Shown one piece after another: positions 1 to 9,197 of a DNA stretch of 64,000 nt. This DNA comes from an uncultured delta proteobacterium (GTDB lineage: Bacteria; Myxococcota_A; Polyangia; Polyangiales; B10-G4). The position numbers and the translations under genes were made by a program. Position 1 is the first letter of the stretch, and each line of letters opens with the position of its first letter. The notes under the pieces were generated by a model. That model did not search any database, was not told the DNA's origin, and saw only the letters and a list, made by a program, of their open reading frames with translations. Where the stretch lies: positions 480,001 to 544,000 of the forward strand of contig CAVSGI010000021.1 in NCBI GenBank assembly GCA_963727445.1, written 5' to 3'.

Positions 1-1391
1 CCGACGATCGGCGGCACGTCGTCGGCGTAGCTCCTCTGCAGCACGACCTGGCGCTCCTGCAGGACGTGGTCACAGAAGACAAGCGCCTTGTCGATCACGT
101 CGCAGACGCCGAGAAGCACCGGTGCCTCGCTCGCGGGACGTGCATAGGTGACCAGGTCTTTGGTGAAGCGGAGGATGCGATCGGAGGCGTCGACGATGCG
201 CCGCGCCTTCTCGACGTCGCCAGGGTCCGCGCCCGAAGCGTCGAGCTTCTGGTGCAGGTAGTCGCCGTAGACCGAGATGCTGGTGAGCGGGTTGTTCAGC
301 TCGTGCACGACACCCGCGGCGAGCTGGCCCAGGGTCGCGAGCTTCTCTGCCTGGATCACCTGCTCCTGGAGCTCGGCCACCTCGGTGCGGTCGCGCCCGA
401 TGGCGATCACCGCCTCCACCGCGCCGTCGGCCGAGAGGATGGACGCGGCGTTGATGGTGAGCCGGGCGGAGCCGCCGCGACGCCGCGGCAGTCGCAGCTC
501 GAAGTTGCGCGTGGGCACGCCGCGCAGGGCGTCGATGAAGACCGGGAGCAGCCGCGAGTGCTCCTCGGCGGGCAGGAGCTCGAAGAGATCGCGACCGAGG
601 ATCTGCTCGGCGTCGATCTGCAGGACCTTGGAAAAGGCCCGGTTGGCCACCCGGATCTCGCGCTTGTGTCCGATGACGATGATGGGCGCGTTGGCATGCT
701 CGAGGATCTTCGCGAGGTAGTCGCGTAGATAGACCGACTCGCGGAGCAAGCGCGCGCTGCGCAGCACCGCGCCCAGCTGAAGGGCGAAGGGGACGAGGAT
801 CGAGATGTCGGCCGCGGGCACCGACACCCCCACCGGGTACTCCACCGCCAGCACGCCTGCGACCCGCTTGCGATCGAAGAGCGGGACGTCGAAGCCCTCC
901 GCGCCCTCGGTGAAGATCGGCACGTAGCCATCGGTGAGCGTGACACCACCCGGGACCAGATCACCCTCGATGTGGAAGTGGCGCAAAACCGCCTCGCGGC
1001 TCAAGGTGATGTGGTCTCGCGCGCTCTCGCGAAGCAGACCGTTGGTCTCGAGGTGGTGGGGCTGGTCGGCCTCTTCCGCTGTCAGGCGGATGGCGAAGAG
1101 CCTCTCTGGGAAGAGCCGCTCGAGCGCGCTCAGGTAGGTCTTGGCGAGCTGGGGGCGGCTCATCTCCGGAGAGGTGGTCGCGGCCAGGGTCAACAGCTCG
1201 GCGGTGACCTGATCGGGGCCCGGTGGGCCGAAGCCGCCCGGGAAGGTCGGGGCGGAATGGGCCGCGAGAGCGCGCTCTACTTCGGCGCGCGGGAAGGGCC
1301 CGGTGTTCGGCGCCTCCTCTTTGGGGACGCGACCGCTCTCACGAGGCTCGAACTTCTCGTCGTCCTTTTTGTCTCTCTTCCCGCCGCCCAA
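1..1391 (-). CDS. GAF-like/PAS sensor histidine kinase (partial, runs off window start)
   Basis: Manual minus-strand translation gives a PAS region and the H-box 'EKLATLGQLAAGVVHELNNPL'. Open frame from TTG 1391 (GGAG just upstream; alternative ATG 1163). Absent from the ORF track because there is no stop in the window. Confidence 0.85.
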   Translation of the reverse strand, partial: MGGGKRDKKDDEKFEPRESGRVPKEEAPNTGPFPRAEVERALAAHSAPTFPGGFGPPGPDQVTAELLTLAATTSPEMSRPQLAKTYLSALERLFPERLFAIRLTAEEADQPHHLETNGLLRESARDHITLSREAVLRHFHIEGDLVPGGVTLTDGYVPIFTEGAEGFDVPLFDRKRVAGVLAVEYPVGVSVPAADISILVPFALQLGAVLRSARLLRESVYLRDYLAKILEHANAPIIVIGHKREIRVANRAFSKVLQIDAEQILGRDLFELLPAEEHSRLLPVFIDALRGVPTRNFELRLPRRRGGSARLTINAASILSADGAVEAVIAIGRDRTEVAELQEQVIQAEKLATLGQLAAGVVHELNNPLTSISVYGDYLHQKLDASGADPGDVEKARRIVDASDRILRFTKDLVTYARPASEAPVLLGVCDVIDKALVFCDHVLQERQVVLQRSYADDVPPIV

Positions 1392-1394
1392 CTC

Positions 1395-3434
1395 CTACTC
1401 CCGCGCGGGCTCGGACGATCTGTCCGACTCCGCGGCCCCCGATGCTTTGTCCAGATCCAGGATCCGCTGCTCCCCGACGTAAGACTTGGTCTCGTACTTC
1501 GTGATCTTGCCGATCTTGCGCACGATGTCCGCCATGCGCTCGGACTCGCGCACGATGATGTCGGCAGCGCGATGCTCCGCGCTCTCGCGATCGAGCTTGC
1601 GCTTGAGGAGCTCGGCGTAACCCATCACGCTGGTGAGCGGCTGGTTCAGCTCGTGAGCGGCCGTGCCCGCCAGCTCCGCGATGAGCGCCTGCTTCTCGGT
1701 GACGGCGAGCTTCTCCTGTGCCTGCGCCAGCCGCTCCTCGACGCGCAGCCGCTCTCGAAGATCGGTGAAGATGCCGAAGGTGGCGACGGGCTGGTCGCCC
1801 TCGTAGATGAGCGCCGCCGAAAGGGCGATGGGCACACGCTCCCCGGTCTCGTTGAGCGCGTCCAGGCGGATCTGCTCGATTCGTCCCTCTCCACCGTGCT
1901 GCGGCGAGCGCATCATGACCAGGACGTCGTGCGCGATCCCCTCGGGGTAGAGGTCGCGAACGTTCATCTTCCCGATGACGTCCGTGGCTGGATAGCCGTA
2001 GATGCGCTCGGCGCCCTCGTTGAAGAGGATGATGGTCCCCTCCATGTCGGCGGCCACGATCCCGTCCGGGCTCGCGTGGATCAGCGACTCCAGGAACTCC
2101 TTGGTCTGGACCAGCTCGCTCTCCATCTGCCGCGCCTCGGTCACGTCGCGGAAGGTGAAGAGCACGGCGCCTTCCCCCGAGAGAAGCGACGAGAAGGCGA
2201 CGTTGGCGATGAGCGCCGAGCCGTCCTTCCTCCGAAGCCTGAGGTCGACGTCTGCCGGGAAGGAGTCCTCCTCGAAGCCGTCCCAGATGGTCTTCGCCAG
2301 CGTGGCGTCGTCGGGATGGATCAGCATCTTCACCTTCTGTCCGGTGAAGGCGCCCTCCTCGTAGGACAGGAGCTGATAGGCGCGCGGGTTGGCGAAGAGG
2401 AGGTTGCCGTCGGCGTCCACCACGGCGATGCCGTCCGCCGAAGACTCGAAGAGGTCGGCGTATCGTTCGAGGCTTCGAAGGCGCCGCTCCGCTTCGAAGC
2501 GAGCGAAGGTGACCTGCTGGGTGTGATCCCGGAGCGACTGCATCACGCGAGCGTTGCGGAGCGCGATGGCGGTGGCGTTGGCCACGATGCGGCAGAAGCC
2601 CATCTCGCGTTCGGCGACGCCGCGCCCGGGGGTCGCGGCGCGGAGGAAGAGCACGCCCAGCACCTGCTCGCGCCACACGATCGGCAGCAGGAACATCGAG
2701 CGGAAGGGCGTCGGCACGTCGTCGCGCACACCGTCGAGGATGGGGTGGGTGGTCGCGTCGTCGATGAGGAGCGGCTCGCCGGTGGCGAGGACCTGTCGGA
2801 TCTCCGGGTACTTCCCCAGGTCGATCTTGAGGTTGGAGAGCTTCTCGTCGTCCGAGGCCACCACGACGTAGCCGACGTCGCCCTGGTCCTGCTCGGGCGA
2901 CAGCACGATCGAGACCCGGTCCACCTTCACGACCTCGGCGATGCGCCGGACGACGGTGAAGAGGATCTCCCGGAGGTCCAGCGAGGACGCCAGCGCCTGC
3001 GTGAGGTCGAGCATCGCCTTGGCGTCCTGCTCCTTGCGCGCCAGGGCGAGCGAGTGGTCCCGGAGCCTCAGGTGGCTGCGGATGCGGGCGAGGAGCTCCT
3101 GGGCACGGATCGGCTTGCGGACGAAGTCCTCCGCGCCGGCCTCGAACGCTCGTGTGAGCTCGCCCTCGCCTTCGAGGCTGGTGACGACCAGGATCGGCAC
3201 CTCTCTGGTACGCGGGTCGGCCTTGAGGCCCTCGAGGAGCTCGAAGCCGCGATCCTCACCCAGGGCGAGCTCGAGGAGAATGGCGTCCGGCTCCTCTGCG
3301 TAGACGGCGTCGCGCGCGCTCTGCCCGTCGGCGACGAGCACGACCTCGAAGCCGCCACCCGTCAGCATCTTGCCGAGGGCGCTTCGATTCTCGTCGTCGG
3401 GATCGACGACCAGGATGCGCTGCAGGTCCGTCAT
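1395..3434 (-). CDS. Hybrid REC-GAF-PAS-PAS-HisKA signalling protein lacking an HATPase domain
   Basis: N-terminal receiver-like domain, GAF, two PAS domains, H-box 'AAHELNQPLT'. The protein ends about 75 aa after the His with no N/G1/F/G2 boxes. Confidence 0.85.
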   Translation of the reverse strand: MTDLQRILVVDPDDENRSALGKMLTGGGFEVVLVADGQSARDAVYAEEPDAILLELALGEDRGFELLEGLKADPRTREVPILVVTSLEGEGELTRAFEAGAEDFVRKPIRAQELLARIRSHLRLRDHSLALARKEQDAKAMLDLTQALASSLDLREILFTVVRRIAEVVKVDRVSIVLSPEQDQGDVGYVVVASDDEKLSNLKIDLGKYPEIRQVLATGEPLLIDDATTHPILDGVRDDVPTPFRSMFLLPIVWREQVLGVLFLRAATPGRGVAEREMGFCRIVANATAIALRNARVMQSLRDHTQQVTFARFEAERRLRSLERYADLFESSADGIAVVDADGNLLFANPRAYQLLSYEEGAFTGQKVKMLIHPDDATLAKTIWDGFEEDSFPADVDLRLRRKDGSALIANVAFSSLLSGEGAVLFTFRDVTEARQMESELVQTKEFLESLIHASPDGIVAADMEGTIILFNEGAERIYGYPATDVIGKMNVRDLYPEGIAHDVLVMMRSPQHGGEGRIEQIRLDALNETGERVPIALSAALIYEGDQPVATFGIFTDLRERLRVEERLAQAQEKLAVTEKQALIAELAGTAAHELNQPLTSVMGYAELLKRKLDRESAEHRAADIIVRESERMADIVRKIGKITKYETKSYVGEQRILDLDKASGAAESDRSSEPARE

Positions 3435-3609
3435 CTTCAGCGAGTACTGAAAGGGAGATTAGCAGGCCCCTCAGGAGAAGGCGAAGCGAGGCCGAGCCGC
3501 CTTGGAGAAGGCGAAGCCACGGTTCGCCAGGAGTGACTTGCCGGCGCAGTGCACTGCGCAATTGCGGATCCTGGCCCGCTTCGCGGGCCCGTCGTATGCT
3601 GCTTCAGCA

Positions 3610-4728
3610 ATGCGGGCCTGGCCCATCGCTGCGGCCGTGGTAGCCGCTCTTCTCGGCGCGAACGTCGCGGTCGCACAGGACGATTCCGCCCAGGACGGCC
3701 CGCCCGGGGGAGACGATGACGACGCTGGTGAGGCACTCGAGCGCCCTCCGGCCGATGGGAGAGAAGACACACGGCGCGTCGCCATCGTGGTGCTCGCGTC
3801 CTCCGGCGTGGACCCCGAGACGGCGGACTCGCTGACGGAGCTCGCGATCGGCGCTGTGGCTGCGCGCGGTCGCGTCTCGATCGTCGGCAAGGAAGAATTC
3901 CAGGCGCAGCTCGGCCAGGGCGAAGCGAGGAGCGCGGAGTGCGTCACCTCCACCGCGTGCCTGGGGCGCGTGGGCGTGCAGCTCGGCGTCGACGAGCTGA
4001 TCGCCGGGACCGTCGCGCGCCGCGGCGATCGCTGGGTCTTCAACCTCAACCGGATCGAGATCCGAACGGGGGAGCTCGCTGGGCGCATCTTCAAAGAGGT
4101 CACGGGCGACGTGGGCGCCGTCGCTGACGCGGTTCAGGACGCGATTCCGGAGCTCTACGCGCGGGTGAGCACGCCGGGCGCGCTCATGGTCTCGGCCAAC
4201 GTCGAAGGTGCCGAGGTCGTCGTGGACGGGGTGCTCATCGGGGTCTACCGCGGCGAAGCGGTACAGCTCGACGACGTGGCCCCGGGGCGCCACGAGCTTC
4301 AGGTGAGCGCGGCCGGCTACTTCGACTGGAGCCGCGTGGTGAACGTCGCCGAGGGCGCCACGATGCAGATCGAAGCCGCGCTCGAGGTGCCGACCACCGG
4401 CGAGGAGTCCGGTGGGATCTCGCCCCTCTTGTGGATCGGTCTCGGGGTGGGCGTCGTGGCGGGTGGGCTCGCGACTTACTTCGGCGTGTCCTCTCAGTCG
4501 ACGCCGAGCCCCGAGCTGACGATGCGGCAGAGGGACGAGTTCTTCTCCGCGCGCTCGACCGAAGCAATCGTCACCGACGTCCTCATCGGTGTCGCCGTCG
4601 CTGGCGGGCTCGTCGCAATCCTGGGCCTGCTCTTCAGCGACTTCGGCGGCGATGACCCGGTGATCCAGGCAGGCGTGGCGCCGCTGCGGAACGGCGCCGC
4701 GCTCAGCGTTCGCGGGAGGCTGCCGTGA
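3610..4728 (+). CDS. Exported PEGA-domain protein
   Basis: Signal peptide MRAWPIAAAV; PEGA motif 'VEGAEVVVDG...PGRHELQVSAAGY'; C-terminal hydrophobic helices. Confidence 0.8.
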   Translation: MRAWPIAAAVVAALLGANVAVAQDDSAQDGPPGGDDDDAGEALERPPADGREDTRRVAIVVLASSGVDPETADSLTELAIGAVAARGRVSIVGKEEFQAQLGQGEARSAECVTSTACLGRVGVQLGVDELIAGTVARRGDRWVFNLNRIEIRTGELAGRIFKEVTGDVGAVADAVQDAIPELYARVSTPGALMVSANVEGAEVVVDGVLIGVYRGEAVQLDDVAPGRHELQVSAAGYFDWSRVVNVAEGATMQIEAALEVPTTGEESGGISPLLWIGLGVGVVAGGLATYFGVSSQSTPSPELTMRQRDEFFSARSTEAIVTDVLIGVAVAGGLVAILGLLFSDFGGDDPVIQAGVAPLRNGAALSVRGRLP

Positions 4729-5852
4729 GGATCGGCGGGGCGATCCTCCTCGTCGTCCTCTCGGGCGCATGCACCGTCGACGATAGCTCCCTCTACACCG
4801 ACCTCTTCCAGTGCGAGGCGTCGAACGACTGCAGCGACAACTGGAGCTGCGTGCGCGCCACGCCTTACGCGTCCGACTTCTGCGCGCCCGATTGCGCGTC
4901 CGACTGCGACGGCGTGTGCGTCAAGCAAGGCGACAACGAGAGCTGCCTGAAGGGCTGCCGCATCCTCGACGACAACTCCACCAGCGAGTGTCAGTCTTCC
5001 GACTACGACTGCATCCGCGTGAGCGCGCAGGAGGACGTGGGCATCTGTTACCCGGTGCAGGGCTGCACCGAATCGGGGGATTGCGATACGGGCGAGGAGT
5101 GCCTCACCACTCTCGCGGTCGCCTTCGGGATCAGCGGCGGCGGCTATCGCGTGGACAACCTCTACTGCGTGCCCGCGCCCAGCGACCCGGCGGACTGTCC
5201 GGCGCGCTCGGTGCACACCAGCGCCATCTTCACCGGCGACCCGGGCTTCGAGATGTGCCTTCCCGTGTGCGATGCATCCGACTCGCGCTGTCCGCCCGCC
5301 TTCGGCTGCCTGAGGCAGCTCGCGGGGGCCGGCGGTCTCGCCGCGTGCCTCCCGGGCATCTACGGGATCCCCTGCGACGACGACACCAACTGCATGCTCG
5401 GGCACTGCCTCGACACCGGCGCCGGCGGCCGCTTCTGCACCACGACCTGCGGCGACGCTGAGCGCATCGACTTCGGGTGCGAGAACATCTCTCGAGACCT
5501 CAACGAGTTCGGGCTGCGCTACCGCCTGGAATGCGACCCGGCGGCCGGTGGCGGTAACGACGGGGGCCTCTGTGTCCCGCGCTACGAGATCGGGATGCCG
5601 TGCACCGAACCGGAGAGCGACACCTTCGTCTGCGCGTCGGGGCTGGAGTGTGTCGCCTTCGCCGACGGGGGCCAGACGATCTGCACCAAGGAGTGCGCGA
5701 CCAGCGACGATTGCAACCAGACGGGGCGGTCGGGGAACAACTACTGCTCTTCCATCGTCGACTACTGCTCGCCGAAGGGTGGGACCGGCGTGCGGTGTCT
5801 CCGCGGCGAGGAATGTCTGAGCAACAACTGTGATGGCGGGAGGTGCGCCTGA
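4725..5852 (+). CDS. Cys-rich lipoprotein
   Basis: Lipobox LSGA-C and dozens of Cys; GTGA overlap with the upstream gene. Confidence 0.75.
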   Translation: MRIGGAILLVVLSGACTVDDSSLYTDLFQCEASNDCSDNWSCVRATPYASDFCAPDCASDCDGVCVKQGDNESCLKGCRILDDNSTSECQSSDYDCIRVSAQEDVGICYPVQGCTESGDCDTGEECLTTLAVAFGISGGGYRVDNLYCVPAPSDPADCPARSVHTSAIFTGDPGFEMCLPVCDASDSRCPPAFGCLRQLAGAGGLAACLPGIYGIPCDDDTNCMLGHCLDTGAGGRFCTTTCGDAERIDFGCENISRDLNEFGLRYRLECDPAAGGGNDGGLCVPRYEIGMPCTEPESDTFVCASGLECVAFADGGQTICTKECATSDDCNQTGRSGNNYCSSIVDYCSPKGGTGVRCLRGEECLSNNCDGGRCA

Positions 5853-6676
5853 CCTCGAAGGGACGGCGCGCCGCACCGATCGGCGTCTTCGATTCCGGGC
5901 TGGGCGGCCTCACCGTCGCCAGCGCCATCGCCGACGCACTCCCCGACGAACGCCTGGTGTACCTGGGCGACACGGCGCGCGTCCCTTATGGCACTCGCTC
6001 CGCCCACACGGTGATCCGCTATGCGCGGAGCTGCGCCGCCCACCTGGTCAAGCACGACATCAAGCTCCTGGTGGTGGCGTGCAATACGGTGAGCGCGGTA
6101 GCGCTCGACATGCTGCGGGTGGAGCTCGACATCCCGGTGCTCGGCGTGATCGGACCCGGCGCGCGCGCGGGCGTCGCCGCTGCCGGGACGGCGCGCCTCG
6201 GCGTGATCGCGACCGCGGGGACCGTGGCTTCCGGCGCCTACGTTCGCGCCGTCGCCGCCGAGAGCAGCCGCGTCGAGGTGATCGCGCGCCCGGCGCCGCT
6301 CCTGGTTCCGCTCGTGGAAGAGGGCTGGACCGAGGGCGAGGTGCCGCGCCTCGCCGTACGCCGCTATCTCGAACCGATGGTGGAGGATCGGATCCGGGCG
6401 CTGGTGCTCGGGTGCACCCACTACCCGCTCTTGCGCGACGTGATCGAGCGCGAGCTCGCCGACCTCGCGGGGGAAGCGCTCCCGGTGGTGGACTCCGCGC
6501 GCGCCACCGCCGAGGAGCTCGCGACGCTCTTGCACGAACGCGATCTGGGCGCGGAGGCAGGGGGTGGCGGGCTCTCGTTGATGGTCACCGACCTGCCGAG
6601 CCGCTTCGGCGAGGTCGCCTCGCGCTTCCTCGGTCACGACGTCAGCGGCCTCGAGGTCGAGGCCGTGGACCTCTGA
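5843..6676 (+). CDS. murI: Glutamate racemase
   Basis: Motifs 'IGVFDSGLGGLTV', 'PYG', 'ACNT', 'LGCTHYP'. Confidence 0.95.
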   Translation: MRLTSKGRRAAPIGVFDSGLGGLTVASAIADALPDERLVYLGDTARVPYGTRSAHTVIRYARSCAAHLVKHDIKLLVVACNTVSAVALDMLRVELDIPVLGVIGPGARAGVAAAGTARLGVIATAGTVASGAYVRAVAAESSRVEVIARPAPLLVPLVEEGWTEGEVPRLAVRRYLEPMVEDRIRALVLGCTHYPLLRDVIERELADLAGEALPVVDSARATAEELATLLHERDLGAEAGGGGLSLMVTDLPSRFGEVASRFLGHDVSGLEVEAVDL

Positions 6677-6690
6677 GGTACACTGGCGCG

Positions 6691-6853
6691 ATGCGACCTC
6701 TCGCCGCCGCTCTCCTCGTGCTCGCGCTCGGCGCCGGCTGTGATGACGATGACGATGGGGAGGTGGGGGACTGTCAGTGACGCGGCCGCCAGCGACGCGA
6801 CTGCAGGCGACGCGGGCGCAGGGGACGCCGCCGCAGGCGACGCGGCTCCCTGA
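6691..6853 (+). CDS. Small acidic lipoprotein (~53 aa), apparent +1 frameshift in G5 run at 6765-6769
   Basis: MRPLAAALLVLALGAG-C DDDDD; removing one G continues as 'TVSDAAASDATAGDAGAGDAAAGDAAP*'. TACACT box 6 nt upstream. Confidence 0.6.
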
Positions 6854-6854
6854 A

Positions 6855-7394
6855 TCACTCGACGTGCGGCGCGATCGCGGCGCGGATCCGGTCGCGAACG
6901 TGCGCCGCGCGCTCGTCGGGGAGGCGCGTGCGAAGCGCGGTGAGCGCTTCCGGCGTGCGGATGCGCGACAGGGCGATCACCGCGCCTTCACGCACCACCG
7001 GCTCGTCGTGCCGCAGGTAGGGCCGGACGTCGTCCACGGCGCGGGGGCCGAAGGCCCGACCGAGGCTCATCACGGCTTCGCGCACGAAGAGGTCGGACTG
7101 TCGCGGCGCGCGTGCAACGGCGAGCAGGAAGGTGCGCGCGGCGGGGCTCGGGTAGTACGCGGCTGCGCTCACCGCGCGCATGCGCACGAAGGGAGGTTGC
7201 TCCGCGTCCTGATAGAGCTCGACCAGGACGGAGAGCGTCTCTGGCCCCCAGGTGCGAAAAGCCGACGCAGGCGGGACGTCTTCGTAACCCGAGAGCAAGC
7301 GCGACAGCTCGACCTTGGAGGGCGGAGTGGCGTACGCGCTGCTCGCCACCAGCAGCGTCGCGAGACCGGTCAGAAGGACGAGGCTCCTTCGCAT
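6855..7394 (-). CDS. Exported HEAT-repeat protein
   Basis: Signal peptide; repeats 'VRMRAVSAA', 'VREAVMSLG', 'VVREGAVIALSR'. Confidence 0.75.
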   Translation of the reverse strand: MRRSLVLLTGLATLLVASSAYATPPSKVELSRLLSGYEDVPPASAFRTWGPETLSVLVELYQDAEQPPFVRMRAVSAAAYYPSPAARTFLLAVARAPRQSDLFVREAVMSLGRAFGPRAVDDVRPYLRHDEPVVREGAVIALSRIRTPEALTALRTRLPDERAAHVRDRIRAAIAPHVE

Positions 7395-7444
7395 GGGCGA
7401 TAGCATAGCAGCTCCTCTGCTGATCCGTGCTATCCCCAGCGTGA

Positions 7445-8470
7445 ATGATCTTGCGGACCGAGATGGTCGAGCAGTCGGTGGACGGCGACGAGCTCGTGAC
7501 CCTCGAAAAGCAGGTCGTGATGACGCCCGGACGCGAGCCTCTGGGGATGGTGCGCAAACGGCTCCCCCCGACGCAGCCCACGCGCGGCACCGTGCTCCTG
7601 ATCCACGGCTTCGGCCAGAACCGTTACACCTGGCACGTCGCGGGCCGGTCGTTCTCGGCGTTCCTGGCGCGTGAAGGCTGGGACGTCTTCAACTGCGATC
7701 TCCGCGGCCATGGTCGCTCGCGTCGCTTCGGCAGTCAGCGGCCCCGCGTCCTCGACGAGTACATCTCCGAAGACCTTCCCGCCTTCGCCGAAGAGGCGTT
7801 GCGCCTCTCGGGCCGCGAATCGCTGTTCCTCATCGGACACTCGATGGGCGGGATCATCTCCTACGGCGCGGCGGCGACCTCGATCCGTCGCAAGACGCGC
7901 GGCATCGTCTCCATCGGCTCGCCCTATCTCTTCGGCATGGGATCGCGCACGCTGACCGCGGTGTCGGCGGTGCTCAACACGCTCCGCTCCACCGGCGTCT
8001 TCGACTCGAACCCGAAGATCCCGCTCCGGCTCCTCGGTCGTCATCTTCACAAACGGCGCACCCTCTGGGACAGCAAGCTCTGGCCGACGCCGATCCGCCC
8101 CTGGCATCCGGGCAGCGTCGAAGAGCCGGTGCTCGAGGACTACCTCTCGCGCGCCTTCGACTGGTCGAGCCTGGAGATCGCCTTCGACATCTTCCGCGCG
8201 GGTCGCGAAGGCGTGCTCGCGGGACGACACGGACGCACCGACTACCGCACCGCTTTCGAGCACCTCAACCGTCCGCTCCTCGTGATCGCAGGCACCAACG
8301 ATCACCTCGCGCCGGCCGCGTCGGTGAAGCCCGCTTTCGAGGGCAGTCGCTCGAAAGACAAGACTTACCGGGCCTTCCCAATGGGGCATGTCGACATTAT
8401 CGTGGGCCGCGAGGCGCCGAAGACCGTCTGGCCGACGGTCCAGAGCTGGCTGTCTCGACGAAGCGAATGA
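7445..8470 (+). CDS. Alpha/beta-fold hydrolase (lipase/esterase-like)
   Basis: 'LIHGFGQN', nucleophile elbow 'GHSMGG', 'AGTND', 'GHVD'. Confidence 0.85.
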   Translation: MILRTEMVEQSVDGDELVTLEKQVVMTPGREPLGMVRKRLPPTQPTRGTVLLIHGFGQNRYTWHVAGRSFSAFLAREGWDVFNCDLRGHGRSRRFGSQRPRVLDEYISEDLPAFAEEALRLSGRESLFLIGHSMGGIISYGAAATSIRRKTRGIVSIGSPYLFGMGSRTLTAVSAVLNTLRSTGVFDSNPKIPLRLLGRHLHKRRTLWDSKLWPTPIRPWHPGSVEEPVLEDYLSRAFDWSSLEIAFDIFRAGREGVLAGRHGRTDYRTAFEHLNRPLLVIAGTNDHLAPAASVKPAFEGSRSKDKTYRAFPMGHVDIIVGREAPKTVWPTVQSWLSRRSE

Positions 8471-9087
8471 GCCAGAGCTCCCCCCTCCCCAGCGAAGACG
8501 CGATCGGTGCCGCCGTCGAGGGCGTCCTCGACGAAGCGCACGGCGAGCCGCCCCGTGCGGCCCCGCCCCGGATGCGCGTCGACGCGGAAGCGCTCGCAGC
8601 GGAAGAGCAAGACAGCGAGACGCCCGGCTGGGCCGAGAAGCTCGTGCGTGTCCTCGACGACGGGCTCACGGTGCCGGGCACGAGCTTCGGCGTCGGGATC
8701 GACGGGCTCATCGGCTTCCTGCTCCCGGGCGTCGGCGACTTCGTCACCGGCAGCGGCTCCCTCGCCCTGATCTACCTCGCCTGGCAGGAGAAGGTCCCCA
8801 CGGTCGCCCTGGCCCGGATGGTCCTGAACATCGCCATCGACACCCTGGGCGGGTCGCTGCCCATCATCGGGGACATCTTCGACGTCTTCTGGAAGTCGAA
8901 CCGGAAGAACCTCGAGATCATCGAGAAGTACCGCGACGACCCCGACGCCAAGCCGACCGCTCTGGACTACGTGCTCGTCCTGCTCAGCGTGGTCCTGGTC
9001 CTCACCAGCGTGCTGCTGCCGGTTTTCGTGCTTTGGCTCCTCGCGGCCTCGGGGGTCGTGGCGGTCGACCACCTCCTCGGCCAGTAG
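8467..9087 (+). CDS. DUF4112-family membrane protein
   Basis: 'LDD...VPGT.FG.GIDGLIG..LPGVGD' and 'PIIGDIFDVFWKSNRKN' are typical of DUF4112. Confidence 0.85.
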   Translation: MSQSSPLPSEDAIGAAVEGVLDEAHGEPPRAAPPRMRVDAEALAAEEQDSETPGWAEKLVRVLDDGLTVPGTSFGVGIDGLIGFLLPGVGDFVTGSGSLALIYLAWQEKVPTVALARMVLNIAIDTLGGSLPIIGDIFDVFWKSNRKNLEIIEKYRDDPDAKPTALDYVLVLLSVVLVLTSVLLPVFVLWLLAASGVVAVDHLLGQ

Positions 9088-9197
9088 CGGCGCCGAGCGT
9101 CTGAATCCCCTCTTCAGACTTTCGTCAGATTCGAAGCTCATCTTGTGGAGCGTCCACGTCGCCCTCGAAGGCGGCGCCCTGAAAGGAATCCCCACCG

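Noticed and set aside
972..3536. Long antisense ORFs (e.g. 972..3536+, 39175..41733+, 59416..62181-, 48229..50100-)
   Set aside because: Shadow frames opposite well-supported genes, expected at high GC; no recognisable motifs.
9102..9128. ECF-type promoter (TGAATC...CGTCA) upstream of the Spy-like gene
   Set aside because: Plausible but too short and degenerate to support from a single instance.
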